A stretch of DNA of 63,647 bases, the filler included, from Octopus bimaculoides (taxonomy: Eukaryota): the NCBI RefSeq assembly GCF_001194135.2. It is 7 parts of 5 records of this genome, joined end to end, with 100 filler letters (N's around TTAATTAATTAA, not from the genome) between each part and the next. Parts side by side here need not be neighbours in the genome. Positions count along the whole stretch, not along the records: positions 39,748 to 46,062 come from NW_026363406.1; positions 46,163 to 55,628 come from NC_068985.1; 5 more parts are not named here. One strand, given 5' to 3'. Position 1 is the first letter of the stretch. Every line of letters starts with the position of its first letter. The translations under genes and the position numbers were made by a program. Below the pieces are notes generated by a model. It worked only from the letters and a program-made list of their open reading frames with translations. It did no database searches and was not told where the DNA came from. Shown piece after piece: positions 40,137 to 52,689 of this stretch.

Positions 40137-41498
40137 ACGAGGGTCATAGCCCAACTAATTAGGAAGCGAGTCAGTTTAGATGAGACGCAGTTTGGGTTCG
40201 TTTCAGGGAAAAGCACCACTGTTGCTATATTTCTGGTAAGACAGCTGCAGGAGAAATACCTAGCCAAAGATAAACCTCTGTACCTGGCTTTCATTGACAT
40301 GGAGAAAGCCTTGACAGGTCCCCTGCTCCCTTATTTGGTGGTCAGTGAGGAAACTAGGGATAGATGGGTGGTTAGTGAGAGCTGTGCGAGCCATGTACAG
40401 GGACGCTGTCAGTAAGGTGAGGGTTGGCAATGAGTATACTGAAGAATTCCGGGTAGAGGTAGGGGTCCACCAAGGTTCAGTCCTCAGCCTCCTCCTATTT
40501 ATCGTAGTCATCCAGGCAATAACACAGGAATTCAAGACGGGATGCCTGTGGGAGCTCCTCTATGCTGATGACCTTGTCCTAATTGCTGAGTCACTATCAG
40601 AACTAGAGAAGTTTCAGGTGTGTAAGCAAGGACTAGAATCGAAGGGCCTTAGAGTCAACCTAGCTAAAATCAAAGTCCTAATAAGTAGCAAGGTAGACAA
40701 AACCCCTTCAGGTAGATGGCCCTGCTCGATCTGTAGAAAAGGCGTAGGTAGAAACTCCATAAGATGTACCCAGTGTAAGCTATGGATAAATAAGAGGTGC
40801 AGCAATATCAAAGGAAGGTTAACTAGCAGGATAGTTTTTGTATGTGGCAGATGCTCAGGAGCAATAAACACTGAAAATATGCAGAAAACAGCCTTTTCCA
40901 CTCTCCAGGGAGAAAAACTAGAAGTAGTTGATAGCTTCCCCTATCTAGATGACCAAGTTTGTAATGGGGGAAGGTGTGCTGAAAGTGTAGCTGCTAGAAT
41001 AAGAATAGCCTGGGTAAAGTTCAGAGAGCTCTTACCTCTGCTGGTGACAAAGGGCCTCTCACTCAGAGTAAAAGGCAGGCTGTATGATGCATGTGTACAA
41101 ACAGCCATGCTACATGGCATTGAAACATGGGCTGTGATTGCTGAGGACATGCGTAAGCTCGCAAGAAACGAAGCCAGTAGGCTCCGATGGATATGTAAAG
41201 TCAGTGTGCATACTCGACAGAGTGTAAGTACCCCGAGAGAAAAGTCGGACATAAGAAGTATCAGTTGTGGTGTGCAAGAGAGACGATTGTGCTGGTATGG
41301 ACATATGGCAAGAATGGATGAGGATAGCTGTGTGAAAAAGTGCCACACCCTAGTGGTTGAGGGAACCTGTATAAGATGTAGACCCAGGAAGACCTGGGAT
41401 GAGGTGGTGAAGCACGACCTTCGAACTTTTGGCCTCACCGAGGCAATGAGTAGTGACCAGGACCTTTGGAAATATGCCGTACATGAGAAGACCCGGCA
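40137..41498 (+). mobile_element. RTE-clade LINE, 5'-truncated: RT domain and C-terminus, near-intact 402-aa ORF at 40345-41553
   Basis: QFGF..GKSTT, AFIDMEKA, GVHQGSVLS, LLYADDL, FPYLD and WYGHMARM motifs. Confidence 0.95.
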
Positions 41499-41800
41499 AG
41501 CTGGAGCACTGCCTTTAGTCAAACAAATCAACTTCAGGACTTATTCTTTCTAAGACCAAAACTTATTCCATTGGTCTCTTTTGCCAAATTGCTAAATTAC
41601 GGGAGATGTAAACATACCAATATTGGTTGTCAAGCTATGTTGATGGGACAAAGAGAGACATATAAATAGATACATAAATATATATGACAGGCTTCTTTCA
41701 GTTTCCGTCTACTAGATCCACTCACAAGGTTTTGGTTTGCCCAATGTATCATGCAGTGGGACTGAACTCAGAACCATGCTTCTTACCACACAGCCATTCT
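41499..41800 (-). mobile_element. SINE family A abutting and truncating the RTE 3' end
   Basis: CTGGAGCACTGCCTTTAGTC begins directly after the RTE C-terminal codons. Confidence 0.75.
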
Positions 41801-41944
41801 TGTGCCCTTGCCCCACTGCTTCTAATTCTTGTCACTTCCTCCTTTACCTTGTCTCTCATAATATATATATATATATGTTATGTATGTGTGCGTATGTATA
41901 TATATATATATATATACACATACGCACATATATATTGTGTTCCT

Positions 41945-42138
41945 TTATTTGTTTCAGTCATTTGACTGCAGCCATGCTGGAGCACTGCCTGTAGTCAAAT
42001 AAACGAACTCCAGTACTTATTCTATCAGTCTCTTTTGCCAAATTGTTTAGAGATGGGGATCCAAACACATCAAAATCAGTCGTCAAGCAATGGTGGTGGG
42101 GACAAACATAAACACACATATATATACATATCTATCTG

Positions 42139-42186
<48 letters not shown>

Positions 42187-42335
42187 GGGCTTCTTTCATT
42201 TCCGTCTACCAAATCCTCTCACAGGTCTTTGGGTGGCCTGAGGCTATAATAGAAAACACTTGCCCAAAGTTTCACGCAGTGGAACTGAACCTGGAACTAT
42301 GTGGTTGGGAAGTAAGCTTCTTACCACACAGCCAC
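41945..42335 (-). mobile_element. SINE family A
   Basis: Colinear with the other copies. Confidence 0.8.
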
Positions 42336-42336
42336 T

Positions 42337-42405
<69 letters not shown>

Positions 42406-42648
42406 NNNNNNNNNNATATATATATATATATATATACCACAGATTCACAAACCAAAAGATCCTGACTCCATGCAGATTTATAGTGGCAGAGCTGATGCTG
42501 AGAATGGCCAATGAGTTGGTGTTGACAACAACAACAGAAGCACAATGGCAGAGACCAAATGAGTGTTGTTGAGACTAGAGCCTTAAACAGCTGAAAAAGT
42601 GGCAGGGACAACTACAGCAGTTGTTGCAGACTTAATAATATAGACAAG

Positions 42649-42720
42649 GGGAAGAATGATGAAGGAGGGAAGAATGATGAAAGAGGGAAGAATGATGAAA
42701 GAGGGAAGAATGATGAAAGA
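42649..42720 (+). repeat. 18-bp minisatellite, 4 units (GGGAAGAATGATGAAAGA)
   Basis: Direct reading; one substitution in the first unit. Confidence 0.95.
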
Positions 42721-44829
42721 GGGAGGAAATGGATGAAGAGGAGGCATGTAAATAAAAACTGGGTCTACATTGATGGAAAATAAGTTGGAAAACAGCCTCA
42801 GAAGATCTGACCTCTGTGGCTGTGTTTAAAATCGAAAGTGGTCAACCAGATGACATAAGATGTAGAATGACTGGAAGACATTTGAAATCTGGGGGATCCT
42901 TTCTCTCTACATGTGTAACCCCTGCCAATGTCTTCCACATAGAAAGAAAGAAATGGTTGAAGAGGAAGAAGAACAAGATGAACACAGCAACAATGATGAC
43001 AAATGTACTCCAGTACTTGACTGGTTCTTTATCAATCATAATATAAAGTAAAGCTGACCTCACTAGGTATTGAACCCAAAGCACCAGAACCAATACTGGA
43101 AGCAGTCTTTTAATAAAATGTGTTAATGCCTTTGCCAACTGATCCCTTTTTACATGAATAAGTTCACTTGTATTACTGTTTGATTTCTATGAATATATTA
43201 TTGCTTGAGAGAGCATCATTAGAGAAACATAGCCAGGTAATAACAAATGATTGATTACATTACACACAGGTGTATGTTCATTGGTATATCTGATGTTACC
43301 TTGGAATTGTTTAATTTTTAGACAATTCTCTTGGTTAACTTGAAGAAATATACAAATTTATAACATAGATTATTATTTCAAATACAATATTTCAATGTAA
43401 TTAATAGAAATATATTAAATATATAGTCTTTTAAAATTTAATAGGATGTTTAACTTTTATAATGCCAAAATACAATTTATAAAGTTGAAATATTAAAACA
43501 TTAAAATTATTTTCATAAACTGTAAATATATTTGAAATAAAAGAAATATATTTGATTAAAATATATTAATACTATGGTTTCTATTTTTGATGTTTAACTA
43601 AAAGCCATGACCCTCCCATAAATTGTCATTATTGAATATGTTTTAGGGACTTTGTTGTTGGTCTTTATATTAATCTCAGACAATGTGAAGTAATCCTCAG
43701 AAGCCATCCATCTGGTAAATAATATTGAAGATGGTGAGAAAACATATTTAATGCATTGCACATTAAAATGTTGATGTAGGATAAAGATGTGCTGAGAGAG
43801 AAAATGTATGTTGTCACCAAATTGTTTAATATTTAAACAATTCTTCTTGTTTGCTTCAAGATATTAAATAGAAATGAAATCACCAGAACAATTTCATTTA
43901 TATTCAAAGTTTAATATTAAAATTTTTAAAAATCAATTTAAAACATTTGATTGAAAAGAAAAAGATCAATTAGTAGAGTCATTAGAATGACCCTAGAAAA
44001 TTAAAGGGTTATATGCAGGGCCCTTCTCGACTAAGCTTTTTAAAAATTAAGTTTATGAAAAACAGCCAATTAATTTATCTGCCATAAAATTAATTTACAA
44101 ATTTTAAATTTCACTTGCGACTCAGAAATCCACTTTAAATTACTTAAGGTGATGTATCCTTAGATGAACATTTCCATCAAATAGTTTTGACATAGTTATA
44201 ACACAACTATGTTTTCTATTATATTCTGGAAATGAAATGTTTTACTTGTGATGTAACACTGTAAAATGTTTAAACAATGTCTAGTCTATAAAATGGTGGG
44301 TGAAAATTAAGCAATATCTATATAACAGTATATTTATGTTTGAAATAAGTCTAATGAATGTTTAGCCATGTAAATGTGTGGTAAATTGTGTGTTAAATAT
44401 ATAAATATCAGAAGAATATTATTTACCAAAGTCAGTTATTGGGTTTTGATTTGGGTGTGAAGTCTTTCTATCTCAGAAATATTCTGTGAGTTTGCTTCGT
44501 TTGAATAGCAAAGAAAATATGGCAACAGTTAAGAGGATAGTTATAATATATCAGGGAGTAGTAGGCATTGCCTCCTCATTTGTGTGTGTATACATCTATT
44601 TGTATGTATGTATATATAGACGGAGATACACATTTATAAATAAATGTCTGTGTGTGTATATACATTTCTATGTGTGTATAGGTGTAGGAGTGGCTATATA
44701 GTATCAAATTATTATTGTATTTTTAAATCGTTAATTTTTTAATCACTACAGCTACTTCACCCTTTTAAGTTTGTCTGTCCTTGTTCGTCTCCTCTTTGTA
44801 ATGCCTTTATGGCAAATATTTATGAAATA

Positions 44830-45125
44830 AAGTAGCTTGCTTACCTACAACATGGCTCTGGGTTCAGTCCCACTGTGTGGCACCTTGCGCAAGTGACTTC
44901 TACTATAACCTCGGGCTAACCAATCTACTTGTAATTAGATTTGGTAGACGGAAACTGATAGAAGCCTGTCGAATATATACGTATGTGTGTGTATATGTCC
45001 CCCATAGCTTAGCAGTTTAGCAAAAGAGACTGATACAATAAGTAGTAGGCTTACAAAGAATAAATCCTGGGGTCGATTTACTCGATTAAAGGTGGTGCTC
45101 CAGCATGGCCATAGTTGAATGAGTG
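44830..45125 (+). mobile_element. SINE family A
   Basis: GGGTTCAGTCCCACTG head through GGTGCTCCAGCATGGCC. Confidence 0.75.
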
Positions 45126-45375
45126 AGAACTTTAAACGGTATCAAAACTTGTTAGAAATAATAAAGAAGTTTCCCTGAAATAACATACAACCTTCTCATA
45201 AATACACACACATATATATAGATATGCTTATTTTTATATATGTATGCATATATATGTGTGTACATATATATTTATATATATATACACACACATTCACATG
45301 TTTATATATACACATGTATATATGAGAGCTCATGTTGAGTTTCTCTGGAAATAATCTACCAGGAACTAATGTGTA

Positions 45376-45433
<58 letters not shown>

Positions 45434-46311
45434 NNNNNNNNNNNNNNNNNNNNNNNNNNNNNNNNNNNNNNNNNNNNNNNNNNNNNNNNNNNNNNNNNNN
45501 NNNNNNNNNNNNNNNNNNNNNNNNNNNNNNNNNNNNNNNNNNNNNNNNNNNNNNNNNNNNNNNNNNNNNNNNNNNNNNNNNNNNNNNNNNNNNNNNNNNN
45601 NNNNNNNNNNNNNNNNNNNNNNNNNNNNNNNNNNNNNNNNNNNNNNNNNNNNNNNNNNNNNNNNNNNNNNNNNNNNNNNAATTTGAATATGCCCCAGCAC
45701 CACCTTTAGCGGAAGAAATCAATCTCAGGACTTATTCTTTGTAAGCTTAGTAGTTTTTCTATTGGTCTTTTTTGCTGAACTGCTAAGTTATAGGGGTGTA
45801 AACACACCATCACTGGTTCTCAAGCAATGATGAGGGGGGGGGGGAATGATACTACAGGAAAGAAAATGGAGAAAAAATGGATGTATGAGTAATTTATTAG
45901 TATCCTGTAAAAATTTTGAGAAATAAGTTGTAAAGCTGAAAAAATGTGAAAGAACCTACATATATGTTTCAGGACTATCCCCTAGAAATTAAAATGTTAA
46001 ACTAAGTACTATAAGCTCTTAATAACCCTGAAGAAGTTCTACCCCATATAGGTAGACAATGANNNNNNNNNNNNNNNNNNNNNNNNNNNNNNNNNNNNNN
46101 NNNNNNTTAATTAATTAANNNNNNNNNNNNNNNNNNNNNNNNNNNNNNNNNNNNNNNNNNNNTTATTTTCCCTAAAACTATATATTTTATATATACTTTA
46201 TCTATAAGGCTCAATTTAATTTTAATTTTTTATAAATTGATTTTAATTGAGTTTTTTACCTGTAATTTTGGATTTTGTCCCTAATATTATTATTATATAT
46301 ATATATATATT

Positions 46312-46498
46312 TGAGGGGGTACTGAAAAGTTCCTTGCTTTAAGGGTATTGTGAAAGGCCTGGTTAGAGACCCAGCCTTCTGAGTTCTTTTACAGGGCTTA
46401 GAGAAACTGAAGGACTGCTACAATAAGTGTATGAATTTGAGAGGGGAATATGTTGAATAAAATTATAATTTTATCCAAAGCCAGGAACTTTTCAGCAC
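46312..46498 (+). mobile_element. Short non-autonomous mariner derivative
   Basis: GTACTGAAAAGTTCCTTGCTT / AAGCCAGGAACTTTTCAGCAC inverted termini; interior encodes GLEKLKDCYNKCMNLRGEYVE*, a mariner C-terminus. Confidence 0.8.
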
Positions 46499-46573
46499 TT
46501 TCTTCTTCACTTTCTCTTCTTCTTCTCCTTTTTCCTCCTCCTCCTTCTTCTCTCTCCTCTTCTTCTTCTTCCC

Positions 46574-46657
46574 CTACATAATCTCTTCTCACCTCTACAT
46601 AATCTCTATTCACCTCTACATAATCTCTACCCACCTCCACATAATCTCTACCCTACT
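46574..46657 (+). repeat. 21-bp minisatellite, 4 units (CTACATAATCTCT.....CCT)
   Basis: Direct reading. Confidence 0.9.
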
Positions 46658-47152
46658 AACTCATCCCATAAGCACACTTCTGTTTATTTTTGGTTTCTCC
46701 TGATATACGCCAAAAAAAACAAGGTCTGGAAGATGCACAATGTGACATCACACCTTTGATGCAAGTCTGATGAAGTGCCTCTCTAATATCTAAAACCACA
46801 AACGTTGTGTGTGTAAATTTTCACTTCAAATGTTTGCATAAACTGGTGTTGCAAGTAGAGTTGTTACAGAAACAATTGTAATGAATCATTAAAGATGTGT
46901 TAAAAAATTTTCTTTGTCTTCTTCTTATTATTTGTATGTATATGTATATTAATATGTATATGTATGTATGTATGTATGTATATGTATATATGTATATGTA
47001 TGTATATACATATATGTATATATATGTATATAAATGTATATGCATGTATATGTATATATATGTATATGCATGTATATGTATGTATGTATATGTATACATA
47101 ACTTTAGATACAAAGAATTTTCTTTGTTTTCTTATTATTATTTGTATGTATG

Positions 47153-47185
<33 letters not shown>

Positions 47186-48354
47186 GTATCACTATCCTTG
47201 ACACCAATATATATATATATATATATATATATAGGTATCACTCCTAGACACCAAAAAGGAAGAATTAATAAACCTGATCAATAAACTCAAAGATTTGCAA
47301 ATATTAAATCAATGTCACTAACAAACAGGATGTGATAACTATAACTATGAAGGACATTCTAATTTCAACATTTGTCCTTCAGTTTCTAATGGGTATGAAC
47401 CATTTGATTTCTTGTCAGAACTCATGACAGGGAGCTACATAGATTAGATACCCTAGCCAACCGAAACTTAAGTAAAATATTTTGTCATTTTTCTGAAATG
47501 TCAGTATTTGTATTCATAAAGATATGATGTTAGACTATATTATAGGACAATATGTACTGCATGTGGTATGGCTGTATGGTTAAGAAGCTTGCTCACCAGC
47601 CATGAGGTTTCAGGTTCAGTCCCACTGCAAGGCACCTTGAGTAAGTGTCTTCTATTATAGACCCAGAATGACCAAAGTTTTGTAAGAGGATTTAGTAGAT
47701 GGAAACTGAAAAAAGCCCATCAGTTTACTTTATGGAGTTATTGGTGTTAGGAAGGGCATCCAACTGTATATACCAAGCCAAATCAGACTGGCACCTGGTG
47801 CTGGTCTTTGACTTACCAGCTCCAGTTAAACTGTCAAACCCATGCCAGTGTGGAAAACAGATGCTAAATGATGATGATGAACCATCCAACCAGTCAGCTT
47901 CAATTCTCTATCCCTGTTCTCTATTTATCCACATTCTCCAACTTTCAGGCTAAATCCTGATACCGCATCACTTTCTCCCTTTCCAGCTGGAGTAACCAGT
48001 AACCATGTGTCTCTTCTGCAGCAAGACACCAGTTCCTGTCCTCCATTCTATATACTTTAACTTCTCAACACCTGGCACAAAGTCACTTTCATCTCCCTTG
48101 CAAACAACCCCTACTCAGTTATGGGATCTTGTTTTGCAAGTTACTTGGACCTCAGTACTACTCATGCTATGAAAAATGCACCCAGTACTCCCTGTAAGGT
48201 TGTTGGTATTAGGAAGAGCAGTCAACCATAGAAATCATGCCTGAGCAGATACTGGAGCTTGATGGTGCCCTCCAGCTCATTGAAGTCTCTTCAATCATCC
48301 AGCCCATGCCAGCATGGAAGAGGGATGTTAAATGATGGTGGTTATGATGGTGAT

Positions 48355-48625
48355 ATCATCATCATCATCAACGTTTAGCGTTTGCTTTCCATGCTGGCAT
48401 GGGTTGGACGGTTTGACTGAGGACTGGCGAGCCAGATGGCTGCACCAGGCTCCAATCTGATCTGGCAGAGTTCCTACAGCTGGATGCCCTTCCTAACGCT
48501 AACCACTCCGAGAATATAGTGGGTGCTTTTACGTACCACTGTCATGAGGGCCAGTCAGGCGGTACTGGCAACGGCCATGCTCAAATGGTGTTTTTTACGT
48601 GCCACCCGCACAGGAGCCAGTTCAG
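48355..48625 (-). mobile_element. RTE-family 3' UTR
   Basis: Same sequence as 22962-23230. Confidence 0.8.
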
Positions 48626-48649
48626 CAGTACTGGCAATATATATCATCA

Positions 48650-49440
48650 TCATCATTTAACATTTGTTGTCCATGCTGGCATGGGTTGGACAGTTTGACT
48701 AGGGCTGGTAGGCTGAGGGGTTGCACCAGACTCCAGTATAATTTGGCATGGTTTCTGCAGTTGGATACCCTGCCAAATGCCTATCACTCCTAGAGTGTAA
48801 AGGGTGCTTTTACATGCCACCGGCACTTGTGCCAGTTGTGTGACACTAGTATCTGCTACAACTACGATTTCACTTGGCTTGATGGGTCTTCTCAAGCACA
48901 ACACATTGCCAAAAGTCTCGGTCATCTGTCATTGCCTCCGTGAGGCTCAAAGCTTGAAAGGTGCTTTTTACATGACACCAGTATCGGTCACATTGCCTCC
49001 ATGAGGTCCAACACTCAGAAGGGGCTTTTTACGTGTCACTGGCACAAGTGCCAGTTATGTGTCACTGGCACAAGTGCCAGTTACGTGACACTGACAACAG
49101 CCATGACTATGATTTCACTTGCCTTGACAGGTCTTCTCAAGAATGGCATATCGCTAAAGATCTCAGTCACTAGTCATTGCCTCCATTAGGTCCGACGTTC
49201 AAAGATCACACTTCACCACCTCATCCCATGTCTTCCTGAGTCTCCTTCTTCCACAACTTCCTTCCATTGTTAGAGATCAGCACTGCAAACAACTGTCTAC
49301 ATTCATCTGCATCACATGACCATACAAACACAGTTGTCTCTCTTGCACACCACATCTGATGCCTCTTATGGCCAACTTTTCTCTCAAGACGCTTACACTC
49401 TGTTGTAGATGCACGCTGACATTGCACATCCAGCAAAACA
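48650..49440 (-). mobile_element. RTE LINE 3' fragment: C-terminal coding plus 3' UTR
   Basis: WMCNVSVH.QQSVSVLREKL.IRGIRCGVQERQLC.YGHV..KTWDEVVK parallels the ORF at 41180-41410. Confidence 0.85.
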
Positions 49441-49585
49441 TACTAGCAACTAGCTTCTAATTATACATATACATATATGTGTATGTATGTATGGGCATGT
49501 ATGTGCTTGTACATGCATGTGTGTACATGTGTGTGTGCGTGTGTGTGTATATATGTATGTGTGTGTGTGTGTGTGTGTCTGTGTG

Positions 49586-49629
<44 letters not shown>

Positions 49630-49632
<3 letters not shown>

Positions 49633-50104
49633 GGTGTAGTGAATAAACTGCAGTCGAAATTACGCACTGATATCTCATTTTAACAGATATATTTACCAAA
49701 ATTACATAAAAATATCTTGAAATACTAAGGAGTAAATTTATTCAATAAAATCGCCATTGGCTTCAACCACAGCCTCCAGACAACTTCAAAATCTCTTGCA
49801 ACTCTTCTGGGCAGTCTCTTTCTTTAAGTTGGTGAATGCTGCCATAATCCTTGCCTTCAGTTCATCTTTGGTGTTACAAGGAGTTTTATTGGTCTCTCAA
49901 TCTACTGCACCCACACATAATAATCAGGGGAGTTGCAGTCTGGAGAGTTAGGTGGCCAGATGTTAAGGGTGGTTTGGTTGCAGAAATTGTCTGACAGCCA
50001 TGACTGGATTCTCCTACTTGTGTGGTATGGTGGAGAATCCTGTTGCCAGACATAGGGTCTTCCAGCAGCCACCCTCTCGACCCAGGGCAGCACCACCTCC
50101 TCCA
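49630..50104 (-). mobile_element. maT/DD37D-like Tc1/mariner element, 3' part
   Basis: GRPYVWQQDSPPYH..WPPNSPDCNSPDYYVW; terminus TA-CAGGGTG at 49628-49636; continues into an N gap. Confidence 0.9.
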
Positions 50105-50529
50105 NNNNNNNNNNNNNNNNNNNNNNNNNNNNNNNNNNNNNNNNNNNNNNNNNNNNNNNNNNNNNNNNNNNNNNNNNNNNNNNNNNNNNNNNNNNNNNNN
50201 NNNNNNNNNNNNNNNNNNNNNNNNNNNNNNNNNNNNNNNNNNNNNNNNNNNNNNNNNNNNNNNNNNNNNNNNNNNNNNNNNNNNNNNNNNNNNNNNNNNN
50301 NNNNNNNNNNNNNNNNNNNNNNNNNNNNNNNNNNNNNNNNNNNNNNNNNNNNNNNNNNNNNNNNNNNNNNNNNNNNNNNNNNNNNNNNNNNNNNNNNNNN
50401 NNNNNNNNNNNNNNNNNNNNNNNNNNNNNNNNNNNNNNNNNNNNNNNNNNNNNNNNNNNNNNNNNNNNNNNNNNNNNNNNNNNNNNNNNNNNNNNNNNNN
50501 NNNNNNNNNNNNNNNNNNNNNNNNNNNNN

Positions 50530-50580
<51 letters not shown>

Positions 50581-50733
50581 TATCATTATTATTATTATTA
50601 TTATTCAGTCCAAGGAAAAGACAATTTCCTTCAAAGAGATGGAAAACATCTAATTTTCACTAGTTCTTCGGTTAAATACCACAATATAATATAGAAAAAA
50701 CAAGAACTTAAATGGTATAATTTCAATAAATAA

Positions 50734-51309
50734 ATATTAAAGGAAATAGAGAAATACAATTGCCATATTATAAATTTATTAACATTATAATATAATTATG
50801 CTATAAAAAGATATAATATAATATTATATTTTATTATACATGTGATATAATATAATAAATGTAATATAATATAATATAACAAATAAATAAAACAAGTATA
50901 TATCCTACAATTTGTTTCAATTCATATTCACTAGTGAATTTATAAAAAATACATATTTATGCATATGGATCTTGTCATGGTAATAATTGTCAAAAAAATA
51001 GACAAAAATTTTATGCAAAGACTGCTAAATCATAAAATAGTCTATGTTATGATTGAGCAGTCCTTGCATGAAATTTTTGTCTATATTTTAACAAATATTA
51101 CCCTGATAAGATCCATATACATAAATGTAAATTTTTTATAAATTCACTAGTGGATATGAATTGAAACAAATTGTAGGATATATACTTGTTTTATTTATTT
51201 GTTATATTACATTATATTATGTTATATTTTTTTATAGTATAATTATAATATATTATAATGTTTATAAATTTATAATATGTCAATTGTATTTCTCTATTTC
51301 CTTTAATAT
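50734..51309. repeat. ~575-bp AT-rich near-palindrome centred at 51041
   Basis: Arms are reverse complements right up to the centre; indels occur in the outer AT-rich part. Confidence 0.9.
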
Positions 51310-51339
51310 ATATATATATATATATATAATTACACAGGC

Positions 51340-51495
51340 ATAGGTGTGGCTATGTGGTAAGAATTTTGCTTCCCAACCACATAGTTGCAGGTTTAGTGAC
51401 ACTGCATGGTACATTGGGAATGTGTCTTCTACTACAGCCTCAGGCCAACTGAAGCCCTGTGAGAAAATTTAGTAAACAGAAACCGAAAGCAGTTT
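51340..51495 (+). mobile_element. SINE family A head
   Basis: TGTGGCTATGTGGTAAG...CTTCTACTACAGCCTCAGGCC. Confidence 0.7.
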
Positions 51496-51569
51496 TGGCA
51501 TAAATTTGGCAGACACATGTCTTATACCCAAATCTTCAATGATAATGGACTGAACTGAACTGAACTGTA

Positions 51570-52018
51570 ACTAATCTGCACATCCTCTGATAATTCATGG
51601 ATGGTGATTAGATGATTTCCCCTCACAGCTGCATGCACAACTGTGATGTTTTTCTCAGTTCTACTGGTTGCGGGTCTCCCAGAACGTTTGTTAACATTGA
51701 CATTTTTTCAGCCATCTTGGAAATGTCTGAACCATTCATACACTTATGTGCGGCCCACACACTCCTCTCCATACACTTTCTGAAACTTTGCATAGGCCTC
51801 TGAGCAGGTATCACCATGACAACTTTCTCTGTCATGGTCAATGTGATGATTACACACTACACACCTTCCTTCCAAATACTGCTGTAAATAGCAGAAGTGA
51901 GCTAGAACATTAAAACAGTAGAGTTCATGGTCAATCTTTGCCATGCAACTTCACTCTGTGTGCTTTAGCTTCATTACTATGGCAACAGTCTGGATCCTTA
52001 ATGATCAGACCTCATATA
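51570..52018 (-). mobile_element. mariner element, 5' part
   Basis: TCSEAYAKFQKVYGEECVGRT.VYEWFRHFQDG..RSGRP..TEKNI..V; TATGAGGTCTGATC terminus. Confidence 0.8.
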
Positions 52019-52215
52019 TGGCTGTGTGGTGAGAAGCTTGCTTTTTAACCACATGGTTCTGGATTCAGTCCCATTGTGTAGCACCTTGGACAAGTGTCTT
52101 CTACTATAGCCTCAGGCCAACCAAAGCCATGTGAGCAGATTTTCTGGACAAAAACTGAAAGAAGTCCATCGTATCTATAATATAAATCCCGTTCTGTCTG
52201 TGTGTGTGTGTGTAA
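52019..52215 (+). mobile_element. SINE family A head
   Basis: ATGGCTGTGTGGTGAGAAGC...AAAACTGAAAGAAGTCCATCG. Confidence 0.75.
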
Positions 52216-52580
52216 AAGATTATAACGGCTGTATTTTTCAACTGATTTTCTCCAAACAGGGAACATACACTACTTATGTTCCAGGGATGGTTTTAGACTC
52301 TTAAAATTTTTCACATAATGAGTAATGGGCCCCCTAGAGGCAGAAAACATCCATTCCTGGGCTACGTGGAGAAGGGAGGTAACTCTTTGCAAAGTAACTT
52401 TCAGAAATTGATTGTCTCTCTTATATCCATTAGTCAACCAAAAAATAAAGATATTGCTTTTTATATTAGATTCACATCTTTGAAAGTTTTTTAAAATATT
52501 TGCTTCCAGTTTTCTAGCATCAGTGACGTCTATATCTCTCAATCCCTCTCTCTCTATGTCTCTACATCTCTCTATCCATC

Positions 52581-52631
<51 letters not shown>

Positions 52632-52689
52632 GTATCTGTTTATCTATATCTATCTTATTTGTCTAACTAGCCATCTCTCTCCCCACTCT

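Noticed and set aside
42649-42720. CRISPR-like array (also considered for 46574-46657)
   Set aside because: Head-to-tail minisatellites without unique spacers, in a eukaryotic context.
46900-47250. Short local duplications flanking (TA)/(TATG) tracts
   Set aside because: Consistent with slippage or assembly noise in microsatellite DNA.
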